Positions 11,764-25,011 of a DNA stretch of 64,000 bases are shown here, one piece after another. The position numbers were made by a program, and so were the translations under genes. Below the pieces are notes generated by a model. The model was given only the letters and a program-made list of their open reading frames with translations. It was not told the DNA's origin and ran no database searches. This DNA comes from Nymphaea colorata. Its lineage: Eukaryota. Each line of letters starts with the position of its first letter. The stretch's first letter is position 1. The DNA lies in contig NC_045138.2 in NCBI RefSeq assembly GCF_008831285.2, positions 28,458,001 through 28,522,000 on the forward strand, in the 5' to 3' direction.

Positions 11764-14700
11764 TGGTATCAAAGCACCAGGTTCAAGAGGCCATCTCCTC
11801 ACCGTAAACAAAGATAAGCATCTGCTGGTGTTTAAATCTGTCCCGGTCTTCTTGCCCTTTGTCACCACAACACTGCCAGATCAGTCAGTCTTTCGTCTGA
11901 GGCAGCATATTAAGACAGCCAACGGTTAGAAGAAAGATCAATATAGAGCCACCAATGGCGATGGCAAGAATCACAACAATGTTGAGTTTTCTTTTGTTGC
12001 TCTTCTCAGCTATGGGAGGAGGAGTGTTCGGAGCACATTGAAGTAGGGGCTCACCGCATTGAGATAGTCATTTCCTTTACGTCTGTAGCAGAGGCCATCT
12101 CCCTAGCGCTGGAAGCGGCATCTCCCTTGTGTTGACATCCTCACCATATCAGAAAGGAACATCTGCCAGCCATCTCCCTCCCGTCGCTAGTTGCAGACGC
12201 AGCCGATGGAAGAGGAAGACAGTCGGCCAAACCCTAGTTAAGCAGAGATCTAACAAGAAGAGCAGGTGTGAGTTCTATCAACTGTTCTTTTCTTTAACTA
12301 TGGCAACAACGCACCAAGAAGGAAGCATATGTAATTTAAGAGTGGATCATTTGATCAAGGCAACAACACTCTAAAGATTACCTCACAACCTCTCACACGT
12401 CCAAACTATCTAAGTTGGGCAAAGGCGACCAGACTATTTCTAAGCAATCGTTCAAAGGTGGGCTACATCAATGGTGACATAAAGCCACCAGAAAAGAATG
12501 ATCCAAAATATTGTGAGTGGGAGAGTGAAAATGGCATGCTTATGTCATGGCTCATTTCCAAGGATTCATCTGTTACTAATCTTCTTCTCTATGTGGAAAC
12601 CACAAAGGACATTTGGGACAACTTGAAAGAAATGTTTGGTGAGCAGAACAATCGCTCGTGGTTATGAAATTCAAAATGAGATCACACAACTCACCATCAG
12701 AGATGAAGCTATTACTCTCTACCTCGGTCAAGTGCGCAGCCTATATGATGAATTACTTTAGTACCGCCCAGATACTTCTGATCCAGAAGTATATAAAAAA
12801 AGATTTGATGAAGACAAGATCTTTAAGGTTTTGACAGGCCTCAGAAGAGAGTATGAGAATCTACGCAGCCAAGTACTTAATTCCAATCCCCTGCCATCTT
12901 TTAATAGTGTGCGCCAAATGGTACAACGAGAAGCGGCTCGAAGGAAAGCCATGAATGTCCCTCCAAAACTCGACGCCAATGACGACAACAGTGAGAAGAT
13001 GTATGTTATACAAAAAGCGACAACAAACAAAGCAACTTCAAATCAAGTGCTGAGAGCTTTAATGGCCAAAGGACTCGATCACGTCTAAAATGCACCCACT
13101 GCAAGAAAACCAGGCATACTTGGGAAAGCTGCCGGGAGCTGGTTGGACATCCTTGTCGAGAAAAAACTTCAAGGCCACCAGATCTTGCGAACTTTGTGAC
13201 TAAAGATGACCTTGAGAAAATTTTTAGAAATTTGCAAAGACTACCAACCTCATTACATCTCAACCTATCGGGAACTTGAGTGAAGGTAAGAACTTTACTT
13301 TAATGACAGTTTCTAAATGTTCACCTTGGGTGATTGATTCTGGAGTCACCGATCATGTAATCGGTGACCCAACAAACTTAGATGACATAGACAAAGGACA
13401 AAAACATCATATTTTTACTGTTGACGGGAGACCGATTGGTGTTGATGACTTTGAAAAAATTAGTTTTTTTGACAAAAGAATCAAGTCTACTGTCTTATAT
13501 GTTTCAAAAATAAGTATCAGCATAATATTTGTTAACAAGTTAACCAAATCTCATGATTGCTTGGTCATTTTCTCATCAAAGGAGGTGATTTTTCTGGAAC
13601 AGGGCACGAAGAATGTGATTGGTAGAGGTCGAGAACATGGTGGTCTATATATCATAGATTCATGCGACGTCAGTCTTCTCACTAGCATAAAAAATTTGAA
13701 CGAGTCAAACTACAAGAAGTGACCCGCCCGTCTTGGACACATATTAGCAGTTTGCAGCAGCTTGTTCCCAACTTGTCACTGAAAATTGGGCTTGTGATGC
13801 TTGTGAATTTGCAGAATTTAAAAGGTTACCGTTCCACACTTCTAGTGAAAGGTCCTCCAATTTTTTTGATCTTGTTTTCTCTGATGTTTGGGGACCTACT
13901 CCTGAGGCCTATTATTTAGCATTCAAGTATTATGTTTCCATCATTGATGATAAATCTAGAATGATATGGATATACTTTCTTGAGAATAAAAGTGAGGTTC
14001 CTAAGGTATTTGAAGAATATTATAGCATGATTTTAACTCAGTACAACATGAAAATTAAAATACTTCGATCTGACAATGGTGGGGAGTATGTCAATGACAC
14101 TCTAAAGTCATTCTTGGCAAAGAAAGACATTAAACCTCAGTACACCTGCTTAGGGATGCCTCAGCAAAATGGCATTGCTGAAAGAAAAAACCATCAATTA
14201 CTTAATATTGCTCATGCTCTTATAATGCATGTGAATGTTCTTGCTTATTTATGGACTGATGCTATTGCCACCGCATATTACTTGTCTAATAGAATTCCAA
14301 ATTCTAGTATAAACTATGAAATCCCTATTCAGTTTTTTCTTGATAGAATGTGCAATGTTCAACATCCAAAAGTTTTTGGTTGCAAATGTTATGTGCATAT
14401 TCAAGACAATCTTAGAAACAAATTTGAGAAACGTGCTGTTAAGTGCGTTTTTTAGGGATATTCTAACAAAAAGAGAGACTATAAATGCTATAATCCTATG
14501 ACTGTAAAACTTTTTGTCACTCATGATGTTAAATTTTTTGAGCATGAACCATTCTTTGAGACACCAAATTAGGGGGAGAAAACTAATAATAGCTCCATGT
14601 ACTCCTCAAATTTTACCACTGAACCTGTGCGACCCATCATAGACCCTTTCCTCGAACCAAAAATACCTACTACTCATGATAGTACTTCCAACTCACCTAT

Positions 14701-15692
14701 TGAAGATCCTCAACCTATTACTAACCTTGTCACCCTCGAAGAACCTATCACTTTACCTCAAGACATACTCCTAGAAAACCAACATGTGCGTCGATCATCC
14801 CGCCTAACAAGACCACCTACAAAACTCAGTGATTATTATACCTACCTTTCTACAGACCGAATCTATTCCATTGACCAATACCTAACACGTGAACATCTCT
14901 CACCAACCTATAGAAACTATGTCCTCAATACTTATCTCCACACCAAACCAAAAAACTTTGAAGAAGCCATCAAACATGTTTGGTAGAAGGAAGCTATGAA
15001 AGAAGAACTGATGCTCTAGAGAAAAATCAGACTTGGGATTTGTGCCTCTTCCCAAGGGAAAGAAATTAGTTGGATATACAAGATCAAATACAAAAGTCAT
15101 ACAAACCTAGGTCTTCACACGTCGATGCTGCTCATAGAATCCTTCAGTATCTTAAAGGAACTCTCGAAAAAGGAGTTTTAATGAAGTGATGTCAGATATT
15201 AGACGTCATTGAATATTGTGGTGTTGACTAGGCAGGCGACCCAAATGATAGGATATCAACCTCTGGATACTGCACTCTTGTTGGAGGTAATCTTGTCACA
15301 TGGAAGAGTAAAAAACAATCAGTGGTTGCCAGGTCAAGCGCAGAAGCTGAATACAAAGCCATGGCAGCATGCACATGTGAACTTACATGGATCAAAGCCT
15401 TACTAGCGGATATGAATATTGAAACTAATATACCCATGAACTTGATGTGTAACAGCATGGCCGCTATCTATCTTGGAGCTAATCTGGTGTTTCATGAACG
15501 AACTAAGCACATAGAAGTCGATTGCCATTTGATACGAGAGAAGATTCAAGATAACACCATTCAAACAATTTATGTTAAAAGCGACAAACAATTGATTGAT
15601 ATATTTACCAGAAGTTTGGAAAGGAAAAACATCAAACTATAATTCACAAGTTGGGCCAGATAGACATATGTGCACCAACTTGAGGGGAAGAT

Positions 15693-16073
15693 TGTTCTCT
15701 TATTAAGGAAGGAGGCGGAACCAACGAAGATCTCTCTTGGTAAATCTATCAGATAGGCAACAAAACTGAATATCGAGATTAATGGGATAGATTGTAATCT
15801 CATGTTTTTCTCGATAGGATTAGTTGCTATCTCAAGTTTCTCTCGATGGCTAAGGAATTGTCATCCTCATCCCATGTTTATCCCCTGCCTATATAAATAA
15901 GAGCATGTAACAAAGCATCAATGTAACACAAACTAGAGCAGTTTAGTGAAGTTCCTTCCCCCTTCTTCGTGGATGTAGGTAGTAATGTCGAACCACAACC
16001 ACGTAATCTTGTGCCTCTCTCTGTCTCTTTAAACTCTTGTTACTCTGATTTTTCCACTCCAAAATTCTAAACA
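15693..16073 (+). repeat. 3' LTR of the copia element
   Basis: TG...CA boundaries, preceded by a PPT, contains a TATA-like cctatataaa. Confidence 0.88.
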
Positions 16074-16118
16074 ACACACACTGCTAGCTTCTACTTGTTA
16101 CTTTCCCTCTGTTGTTTC

Positions 16119-16574
16119 TGTAACACCCCAGATGTTTAGTCCCGCATCGAAGATTGTGAAGGATCTTCAAGGGCTTATAAAGGGAGGCTTTAATGAGATG
16201 ATTGTCCTGGTTCCTACCCTTTTTAGGATTGGAACCGAAATTGCTAGGGGGCGGGTTGGGATCCGTCGAACCAGGGGCCCGAGCCCGGGAGTGGGTCGGG
16301 TTGTTATAATGGTATCAGAGCAGTTTCAACACTCGGACCTAGGGTCCCACACGCACGGACGCGTGTGCCTTAAGGGGGGTGGATTGTAACACCCCAGATG
16401 TTTAGTCCCGTATCGAAGATTGTGAAGGATCTTTAAGGGCTTATAAAGGGAGGCTTTAATGAGATGATTGTCCTGGTTCCTAGCCTTTTTAGGATTGGAA
16501 CCGAAATCGCTAGGGGGCGGGTTGGGATCCGTCGAACCAGGGGCCCGAGCCCGGGAGTGGGTCGGGTTGTTATA
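16119..16574 (+). mobile_element. TRIM (terminal-repeat retrotransposon in miniature)
   Basis: Two 190-bp direct repeats (16119-16308, 16385-16574) with 4 mismatches by eye. They flank a 76-bp non-coding core with PBS tggtatcagagc (16310-16321) and PPT aaggggggtgga. TTGTTTC is repeated on both flanks. Confidence 0.93.
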
Positions 16575-16865
16575 ATTGTTTCTCTATTGACACCTGTTTT
16601 TCTCCTGAACTAAAAAGGCAATGGATATTAAACCCGCCTAACACATGAATAAGCCTTTATGTGATCTAGCTGATTGCTCCCTAACCAGCTTGACATCTTC
16701 TATCTTAAAGAGTGGTTTGTGGTTTGGCAGCAGGAATACTTTGTGAATGTCTTATAAATTTGTCCTAAAAGTTAGAATATATTTATGAGATTATAAAATT
16801 GTGTGTGTATGCACTTGCCAAACATATAGTCATTTTTTTCTTAAAAATAAGCTGGTATTACAAGA

Positions 16866-17207
16866 TTCAAATTAAGAAATGACATCTGATCGAATTTAGA
16901 TTTAATTCAGATGTACATAAATATCCTCTCAGATTCAGAATTGGATTGGATTTAGTTTTAAATAAATATTTTGTATAAAATTGGCGAGTTTGGTTCAAAA
17001 TTCAGTCCAATTCAGATTATAAAATCAGATTTCATATTCAGATTCTAATATGACCCTTCTTGGTTCTTATTCGAGGAACATCTGAAAAAATGGATATGGT
17101 TAAAGGCATATTTGATTTTAATTTGATCTGTTGATATCCTTATCCACAAGCTGATCTGATATATAGCAGGCTTTAGCTTCACCGGTAATTTAATGCCAAA
17201 CTTCTAA
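16866..17207. repeat. Dispersed/duplicated AT-rich repeat, with a copy at ~30259-30631 and a partial inverted copy at ~37620-37840
   Basis: Shared motifs agaaatgacatctgatcgaatt, gattcagattctaatatgac and aggctttagcttc...aatgccaaacttctaa. The reverse complement atcagatgtcatttct occurs near 37823-37838. Confidence 0.75.
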
Positions 17208-18344
17208 ACAAAAAATTGGTTGCCAATTTCACTCTTGAACATGGCAGTGACAATGGCGGCCGAGGTTAAAAATTTATGTGAAAACTAAGTGCCCAAGCTG
17301 TTCAAACCTTGCATGCCTTTCAACCAATTTCTGTAGTTTGGATCTCTCTCCTCCTATTTAAGAGTAGTGAAGTCATAGTGTTCATGTCTTGGTCCGTGCA
17401 CATGATGTAACACAAAACCGGTAATCTGCAAATCCTGTGCATGATTTTTTTTTTTGTCATAGGACTATGTAATGACCAAAATACCCCTATTTATATATGA
17501 AAGGGACTTTTCAAAACGGATAAAAAAGTAGTTATGAAAAGTCGAAAGTCTAAAATGTGTATTATTTTATAAAAATTTTCAGAAGCCTACTTTTTTTTTC
17601 TTTGGTGCATAAAGGTGATCTCGATATAAAATCATTTGAACTGGCCTGAGATTGTTGAGGTTGCCACAATGTGTCGACCTCTAACTATTCTTTTTCAATA
17701 TGTTAAGTTTTTTTTTTTCAAAATTCTGCATTTATTTTCATATGTTCTTTTCATTTAATTTTTTAAAAAATGCCCCTTGCTATGGCGAATAGGGAAAGTA
17801 AGAAAAAATTCATGAAACTGTCCATCTATGCGGTGGCTAACAAATGGTTGACACCGAGTACCAGCCGCATTCTAGTACCACGTCCAAAGTAAGGTAACGA
17901 ATATATTTCCCTTAGGAGTTGATTGAATTATTTGCTTGTAATTATCGAATGTCAGAGCACCTACCACATTCTAAGGGTTCTTGGCTAGTTGGTGCTACCT
18001 GAAAAGTAAGATAAATAATGTTTCTCCCAAGAGTTGAATTTATTCACTTACTCTTCGGAATATAAATAACTTTACCACTTTTCTTCTATGTCGACTATAT
18101 AAATCCATGCACCCAGCCAAGGGGATGCCTGCAGGGGCCTTGGCTCCTCCTCAATTTTTTTTTTTAAATTTTCAAGTAATTTTTTAAAAGACATTATTTG
18201 TCCTATATAAAAATTGACAAATTATATTTCGGTCCTTATTAAAATTTTGAAACTATAATTCGGTCTTCTCATGAAAAATTTCTGCCTCTGCTCCCACCGC
18301 TATAGCATTCCACTGGCTCTAAGCAGGCACCCATCTTGCACGGT

Positions 18345-19443
18345 TTCCAAATACAGAGCTACCAATTAGAAGACCCACCTCAAAGCAAAAACAAGTCCTT
18401 AGACCTTGAGGAGCAGTTTGGAGAACAAGCCCAACCTGTGGTTGTTTTCTTGGCTGACTGCTACCAGAACATCGCCAAGGCCCAGTGTTCAGCCAAGGTG
18501 AACCCGGTTACCTTCTTCAATGCTTGCCTACACCGGCCCCTTATAATCCATTGATGCCATACTTAGAGGCGTGGTTATGGACATAATCCTGGAGGTAACT
18601 CATTAGAAGAAATCTAGTTACTTTGCTTGCTTAGGGAGAACGGCAGGATTCATTGATGACATGTTAAGCACTGGATTCAACATAGTTGGGTTCAACTGGA
18701 TGTCATTGCCTGTAGCCATTGAGCTCGAGTTCGTAGTCTTCAACTCGATCGATGGAGATCGAGTTGTGTGCATGGGACAAGTATGTACCAAAGGGAGTTG
18801 GGGTATTTTTGACTTTTTTATAAAGTAATCAACATTCTAGACTTCTTAACTTTTCACAATCCATTTTTATCTTTCTAAAAAATTTCTTTTTTTATTTTAA
18901 TGTAGGTATTTTTGTCATTATACTCAGTAGTTTCTATGGGATGAAGACGATGGCGTCGGTCCATTAATTTTCCTTCCTTTTGCTGCATTTCGCTCAAAGG
19001 GTTGAAGGGCATTCAGGTATCTACTGCAAAAGAAACTGGTCTAAAGTTGCCTATAGGTGGAAGCGGTCGAGTTATTGATGTGTGCTGGCGCCAGCATCGA
19101 GTCAATTTCTAGAACTACCAGCACTAGAACCAGAAAAAAATACAAATAGGACCACTCTTCATCCCTATGCACAGTTTTTCATGCACAGGGGGTGCGTACA
19201 TAACCAGCTTCGGGGCTGATGTGATGCTAAATTTGCCGCATTTTTCATGTTTCTCATGGAGGAGGTGTGCTCCAGACACAGCTATCAATGCTATCCTGAG
19301 GACCTTAGTTGCAGCTAGAGATAGGGCACTTCACTATGTTGGCAAGCACCACGTAGGTAAGCTTGTGGTCTATGTGGCTTGGACCAAAACCGAATGAGCT
19401 CGAAGAAAGACTTGTCCAATGGATGAGATCACCAACTTTAGGG
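18345..19443 (+). pseudogene. Inverted, highly degenerate TYDC pseudogene (N-terminal half) interrupted by a MITE-like insert (~18750-19210)
   Basis: SYQLEDP..., [19 protein letters not shown] up to ~18740, resuming with [28 protein letters not shown] and ...TNFR. No start codon, several stops. Promoter remnants lie upstream (~17980-18105). Confidence 0.85.
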
Positions 19444-20117
19444 ATTCATGTCCATATGAAAAGCTAGCGGTTTAAACTTCATTCTTTTTGTACCAATTGA
19501 CTCATGGTTTGTTTGATTAAAACTTCTTCTCTTTTTTTGTACTAGTTGACTCTGGTTTGTTTGGTTAAAACTTCATTCTTTTTGTACATGAGTTTTTCGG
19601 ACAATAGGATGTAATCCTGTCGCTCACCTTGAAAGGACAACGGTGAATTCAGGCTTCTTTTGTAGACGTATGTTTGTAAAGTTTGCCAGAACCATGAGGC
19701 CCACATTTCTAGGTGTTGGTGCAGAGTGTCTGACATAAAATTTAATTAGAAGGCATGTTTGAGTGGTTTTAGAAGGTGAGTTTGAGAATTAATCTGCTCA
19801 GTTCGGACCTCGGCTGACAAAAGTGGAAACTTGGATTTAGTCTGTTGTACAAAATCCAAACTGTTCACATCCCAAGCTGCATTTTCGATGGGGAGAGGAG
19901 AGAAGAGAAGGCTGCGTTCGTGAACAGGGAAGACAGAAAAAATGGAGCATCGAAGGCCCCCGAAAAGAGGGAGACCTTCCTTCTTTTGCCCCGGAATTGT
20001 AGAATCAGACGATCTCCCCAAGTAACCGAAATTTTTTTGTGTTCCATGGTTTTCATAGTTTCTGATGCATTACCTTTTAATGGGGAGGACTCTTTTATGG
20101 AGACAATGGTCTAAGCA
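19442..20117 (+). pseudogene. Duplicated upstream region, exon 1 (19942-20021) and intron start of the small gene at 33264; truncated
   Basis: Direct homology to 32622-33440, with internal deletions. Exon 1 reads MEHRRPPKRGRPSFFCPGIVESDDLP followed by GTAACC. No downstream exons were found after the TE insertions. Confidence 0.8.
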
Positions 20118-20141
20118 TAAAGTTCATTGACCAGGACACCA

Positions 20142-23100
20142 TGATCAATTGTGCAGAAAACAGAGTATGAATAGAAAGAGGTGAGAAAGAGAGAAGACAA
20201 TTTTACATGGTTCGGCTAATGGGAGCCTACATCCACGAACAGAGAGGTTGACTTTCTTGTTTGTTACTTGAATTACAATCTGTCCTCTTCTTTATACATT
20301 AGAGGCTAAGGCGTATATAGCAGTTGCCTAAATGAGAAGAGAACGTTAGTTCAGCGTTTAAAACTAATTGAAGCACCTTTCTTATTCATTCAATCAATGA
20401 ATAAGGTAATCAACCTCTTCAACATCTCTTTAATTTTATCACTCCCCCTCAAATGGGGAGTAGATGTTATGATATCCCCACTTGTCAATTGCGAGTTGAT
20501 GCTTTGCTTTAGTGGCTCCTTTAGTTAATGCATCAGCAACTTGCTCAACTCCACTGATATAAAGCGTTTTGATTTCTCCGGATTCAATCTTTTCTCTCAC
20601 ATAGTGACAATCGATTTCAATGTACTTTGTCCTTTCATGAAAGACTGGATTTATAGAAATATATATGGCAGTTTGATTGTCACAGAACATGTGCATGGGC
20701 TTTGAAACTTCAAGATTCAGTTCTTCAATCATGTTCTTGGTCCAAATGAGTTTGTTGGTTCCCATGGCCATAGCATGGTATTCTGCTTCTGCACTGGATC
20801 TAGCCACTATTTTTTGTTTCTTGCATTTTCAGGCTACTAGATTTCCACCAACAAAGACAATATCCTGTAGTTGATTTCCTGTCGCTGATATCTTCTGCCC
20901 AGTCTGCATCAGTAAATCCTACTATGTCTAAGTTCTTATTCCTTTTGTACCAAAGTCCTTGTCTTGGAGAGCCTTTGGTGTATCGAAGAATGCAATCAGC
21001 AACCTTCATGTGTGATTTCCTTGGGTTTTGCATATACTACTAATCACATTCACAACAAAAGAAATGTCAGGTCTAGTGACAGATAAATAGATAAGCTTAC
21101 CAAGTAGACGTTGAAATACTTCTCTGTTGACCTCTGGCTCATCCTCACATGGTCCCAATTTGAGGTTTGCTTCGAATGGAGTGTCGGCTAGACGTGGTTC
21201 CATTTTCCCAGTCTCGTTTAATATGTCTAGTGCATATTTTCTTTGACAGAGAAAGATGCCTTTGTGTGAATAGGCTATCTCAATTCTAAGAAAGTACTTG
21301 AGTTTTCCAAGATCTTTCATATCAAATGTGGTTATCAAGTGGTGTTTGATATTGAGTATGCTTTCAACATCATCACCTGTCATGACTATATCATCTACAT
21401 AAATCAACACAACAGTGGTGTGTTCTTCATGTTTTTTTATGAAAAACGTGTTGTCTAAGTGACATTTGTGATATCCAAAGTTGTTCAGTGCCTTATTTAA
21501 TTTTAAGTATCATGCTCTAGGGGATTGCTTCAGACCATAAATAGCTTTGTTGAGTCTGTATACATAGTTCTTTCCTTCATCTGGATGCCATAGAGGTAGT
21601 GCCATGTAGATTTCTTCACTAAGTTCACCTTGCAAAAAAGTATTCTTCTCATCTAATTGGTGAAACCCCCAGTTCAAGTTATAGGCCATCGATAATGGAA
21701 TTCTCAAGGTGTTCATTTTAGCCACAGGCGCAAAGGTTTCATCATAATCAAGACCGTTTGTTTGAGTAAACCCCTTGGGTACTAGACGAGCTTTGTTTCC
21801 TTCTAATGAGTTGTCACTCTTGTATTTGACTCTATAGTGCCATTTACATCCAACTACGCTTGAATTTTTTGGTTTTGTAACAACCTGCCACGTCTTGTTG
21901 TGCTTCAGGGCCTCAAATTCTTCATTCATAGCCTTTCTCCAATTTGAGTCTTTCTTAGTTTCTTGAAAAGTTTGAGGTTCATGAATTTTATCAGAACTCT
22001 TAATGAAGATACTATACTTGGCTGAGATCTGATTGTAAGAGACAAAATTACTGATGTGATAGCGACTGAAGGAGCAAGTCTCATAATCAACTAGATGAGA
22101 GGGCACTCTTCGAATTCTCTCAGATTTTCTAAGACGCCCGTTAGTTGGTTCATCATTTTCAGTAGAGGTAGTAGGTTCTTGATTTTCGGTGGGACTTTCA
22201 ATTTCTATATGAGTCTCTTTAGTGACCTGCTCATCAATAATGGAAAAAAATAAATCATTAGAGTCATGCAAGTTAGGGGATTTAGACTCCCCCTGACCTC
22301 TACCACTATCATTTTCTCCAAAGTAGGAAAGTTTCTCATTGAATTGAACATCACGCGATATATAAGTTTTCTTAGAGATAGGATCTAAACATACATACCC
22401 CTCGTTTTGAGAGTCGTAACCAACAAAGACGTATTTGATTGAGCAATGACTTAATTTGTCTCTTTTTGCAAGATGTATTCACACATGAAACACACAACCA
22501 AACACACGCAAATGATCAAGTTTCAGTTCTTGCCCAATAAGCTTTCCAATTGGACTACCATAATTAAGGTGCCTATAAGAGTTCTATTAACTACATAGCA
22601 AGCAGTAGAAACAACATATTTCCAATCATTTTTTGGCATATTCATTTGGCATATCAAGCTCCTAGTTACTTCCAATAAATGTCTATTTTTTATTTCAGAC
22701 ACGCCATTTTGTTGAGGTGTGTCAACACAGGATGTTTGATGATGTATGCGATGCTCGTCTAAGAAAAATTTTAAACTATAATTTTTGAACTCAGTACCAT
22801 TATCAGATCTAAAGCATTTTATTTTGCGATTATATTGAACTTCAACCATCTTATGAAAAGTTTGAAAAAAAGATAGTACCTTAGATTTGTTTTTCATGAA
22901 ATAAACCCAAGTGGATCTAGAGTAATCGTCAATGAACATAACATAATATCTAAAACCATCCAGAAAATCCACAGGCGCAGGGCCCCAAACATCAGAGTGA
23001 ATGGGATCAAAAGGTTGTTCAGTAATAAAATCTGATAAAGAAAACTTTGGTCTGGTCATTCTAGCATACTTGCAAATATCACATGTATGATTATCAAAAT

Positions 23101-25006
23101 AATGCTTGGGAAATAAATAATTCAAAATCCGAGACGATGGATAACCCATCTGTTGATGCCAGATTTCTCCCTCATTCAAAGTAGACACATTCAATGCCTG
23201 ATCAAGAGCTGTAATTTGGTAGAGTCCATTAACTGGGAGTCCTTCACCAATCGTCATCTGAGTCTTTCGATCCTGAAATACAACAATAGTAGCAGAAAAA
23301 ACCACATTCCAAACCAATTCTTTGGCAATTTTTGCTATTGTCAACAAGTTAGACTTAAGTTCAGGCACTATGAGGACTTCACTAGTATTTTTTTTTTAAA
23401 GAAATCTAATCCTCCTTTTCCTTTGACAACAATGGGAGCACCGTTGGCTGCAGCAACAGGTCCTATGTCATCAATAGAATGGGGGGAATAGAGATAAGCA
23501 GAGTGATTAGCCATATGATCAGTGTCTCATGAGTCGACAATCCAATGAGTGTAGGAATTAAAAGTAGTGTAAGCCATACCTTTAGCTTGATCAGAAGTGT
23601 TGATGGAGATTCTCGTAGTCTTTTTCACTTGAAGTCCCTTTTTCATTTCCGCAAGAGTCTCCAAGGTGATAGGATTATTTGACGAAGAAGCCACGAGACT
23701 GGTTTGATCGTCCTCCCTTTTAACTGTCCCTTTTGAAGTGGTCTTGGAGGCATGATTCTTCCCTCTGTCTGGTTTTCCATGTACGAACCAACAATTTTCA
23801 CGAGAATGACCAGTTTTCTTACAATGAGCGCATTTAGGTTTTCTCCCCTCATCACGTTTGGCACTGAAGTTTCTGCCGTCTTGAAAGTTCATAGCAAAGG
23901 CAGCTTTTTCATCATTGGATACCTCTTGACTGCTGTAGTTGAAAGCGCCCATTGCTTTTCTTCTTGACTCTTCTCACATAAGAAGAGCACCAACAACACT
24001 TAGTGAAGGCAGCTCATGTGCCATGAGAATTTGACTACGAAGATTTTCATAGTCATTTGGTAGCCCAACTAGAATTTCAAAAATGCACTCTTGCTCACGT
24101 TGCTTCTTCGCTTTAGAAAGATCAGTAGTTAATGGAGTATGAACATCCATCTCATCCCAAATTCCTTTGAAGGTACCAATATATTCACTAACAGGAATAG
24201 TCCCTTTCTTAGACTTACTTTTATTTGAGATAATTGGTACATGCGAGCAGTGTTATATTGCACACCGTAAAGATCTTTGGTAGCCTGCCATACCTTCTCT
24301 AGGTGTCTAAAAAATTAAAACATGATGCTATCTTGAGCTCCATAGAATTGATGAGCCAAGATGCAACAATGTGGTTGGTAGATCGCCACTCACTATATTT
24401 CAGATCATTAAGTGGTGGTCTCTTTGTGGTACCATCAATGTATCTGAGTTTGGATTTTCCACTAAGGAATTGGGTGACTGCCTTAGACCAAGATAAAAAA
24501 TTGAGGCCATCAAGCAAGGTGTTGGTAATATTAAGATTAGGGTTACCTTGCTCGTATACAACAAGTCTGTGCAAAGATCCATCGCTGCCATGTATAATGG
24601 AGTGATGTTCATTGTCGTGCCCTGTTCCCCCCTCATACTCCATAAGTTTCTGCTTGCTTAGAATGGATTTACTGCCTCAGGATGAATGAGTGCCACTCTG
24701 ATACCATGATAATTGTGCAGAAAACAAAGTATGAATAGAAAGAGGTGAGAAAGAGAGAAGACAATTTTACGTGGTTCGGCTAATGGGATCCTACATCCAT
24801 GAACAAAGAGGTTGATCTTTCTTGCTTGTTACTGGAATTACAATCTGTCATTTTCTTTATGCATTAGAGGCAAAGGCGTATACAATAGTTTCCTAAATGA
24901 GAAGAGAACGTTAGTTCAACTTTCAAAGCTAATTGAAGCACCTTCCTTATTCATTCAATCAATGAATAAGGTAATCGACCTCTTCAACGTCTCTTTAATT
25001 TTATCA
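20142..25006 (-). mobile_element. Full-length but decayed Ty1/copia retrotransposon with both LTRs and a target-site duplication
   Basis: 300-bp LTRs at 20142-20441 and 24707-25006 (TG...CA), TSD CACCA (20137-20141 and 25007-25011), PBS 24695-24706 and PPT 20442-20452. Gag (CAHCKKTGHSRENC), integrase (HSDVWGP...RSDNGTEF...PQQNG), RT (YVDD) and RNase H (FHERTKYIEIDCH) are all broken by stops or frameshifts. Confidence 0.96.
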
Positions 25007-25011
25007 CACCA

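Larger units (their letters stand above)
9797..16073 (+). mobile_element. Tandem Ty1/copia structure: 5'-truncated RT-RH unit, shared LTR (11412-11763), PBS-gag-PR-INT-(RT deleted)-RH unit, 3' LTR (15693-16073)
   Basis: RT (MKEELHALEKNQTWDLV...RFKARLVAKGFTQ; YVDD near 10452). PBS tggtatcaaagc at 11764. Zn knuckle CTHCKKTRHTWESC near 13090. Protease WVIDSGVT. Integrase LRSDNGGEY...PQQNGIAERKN. PPT ttgaggggaaga at about 15680-15691. Two homologous LTRs both end ...ttctaaACA. Confidence 0.92.
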
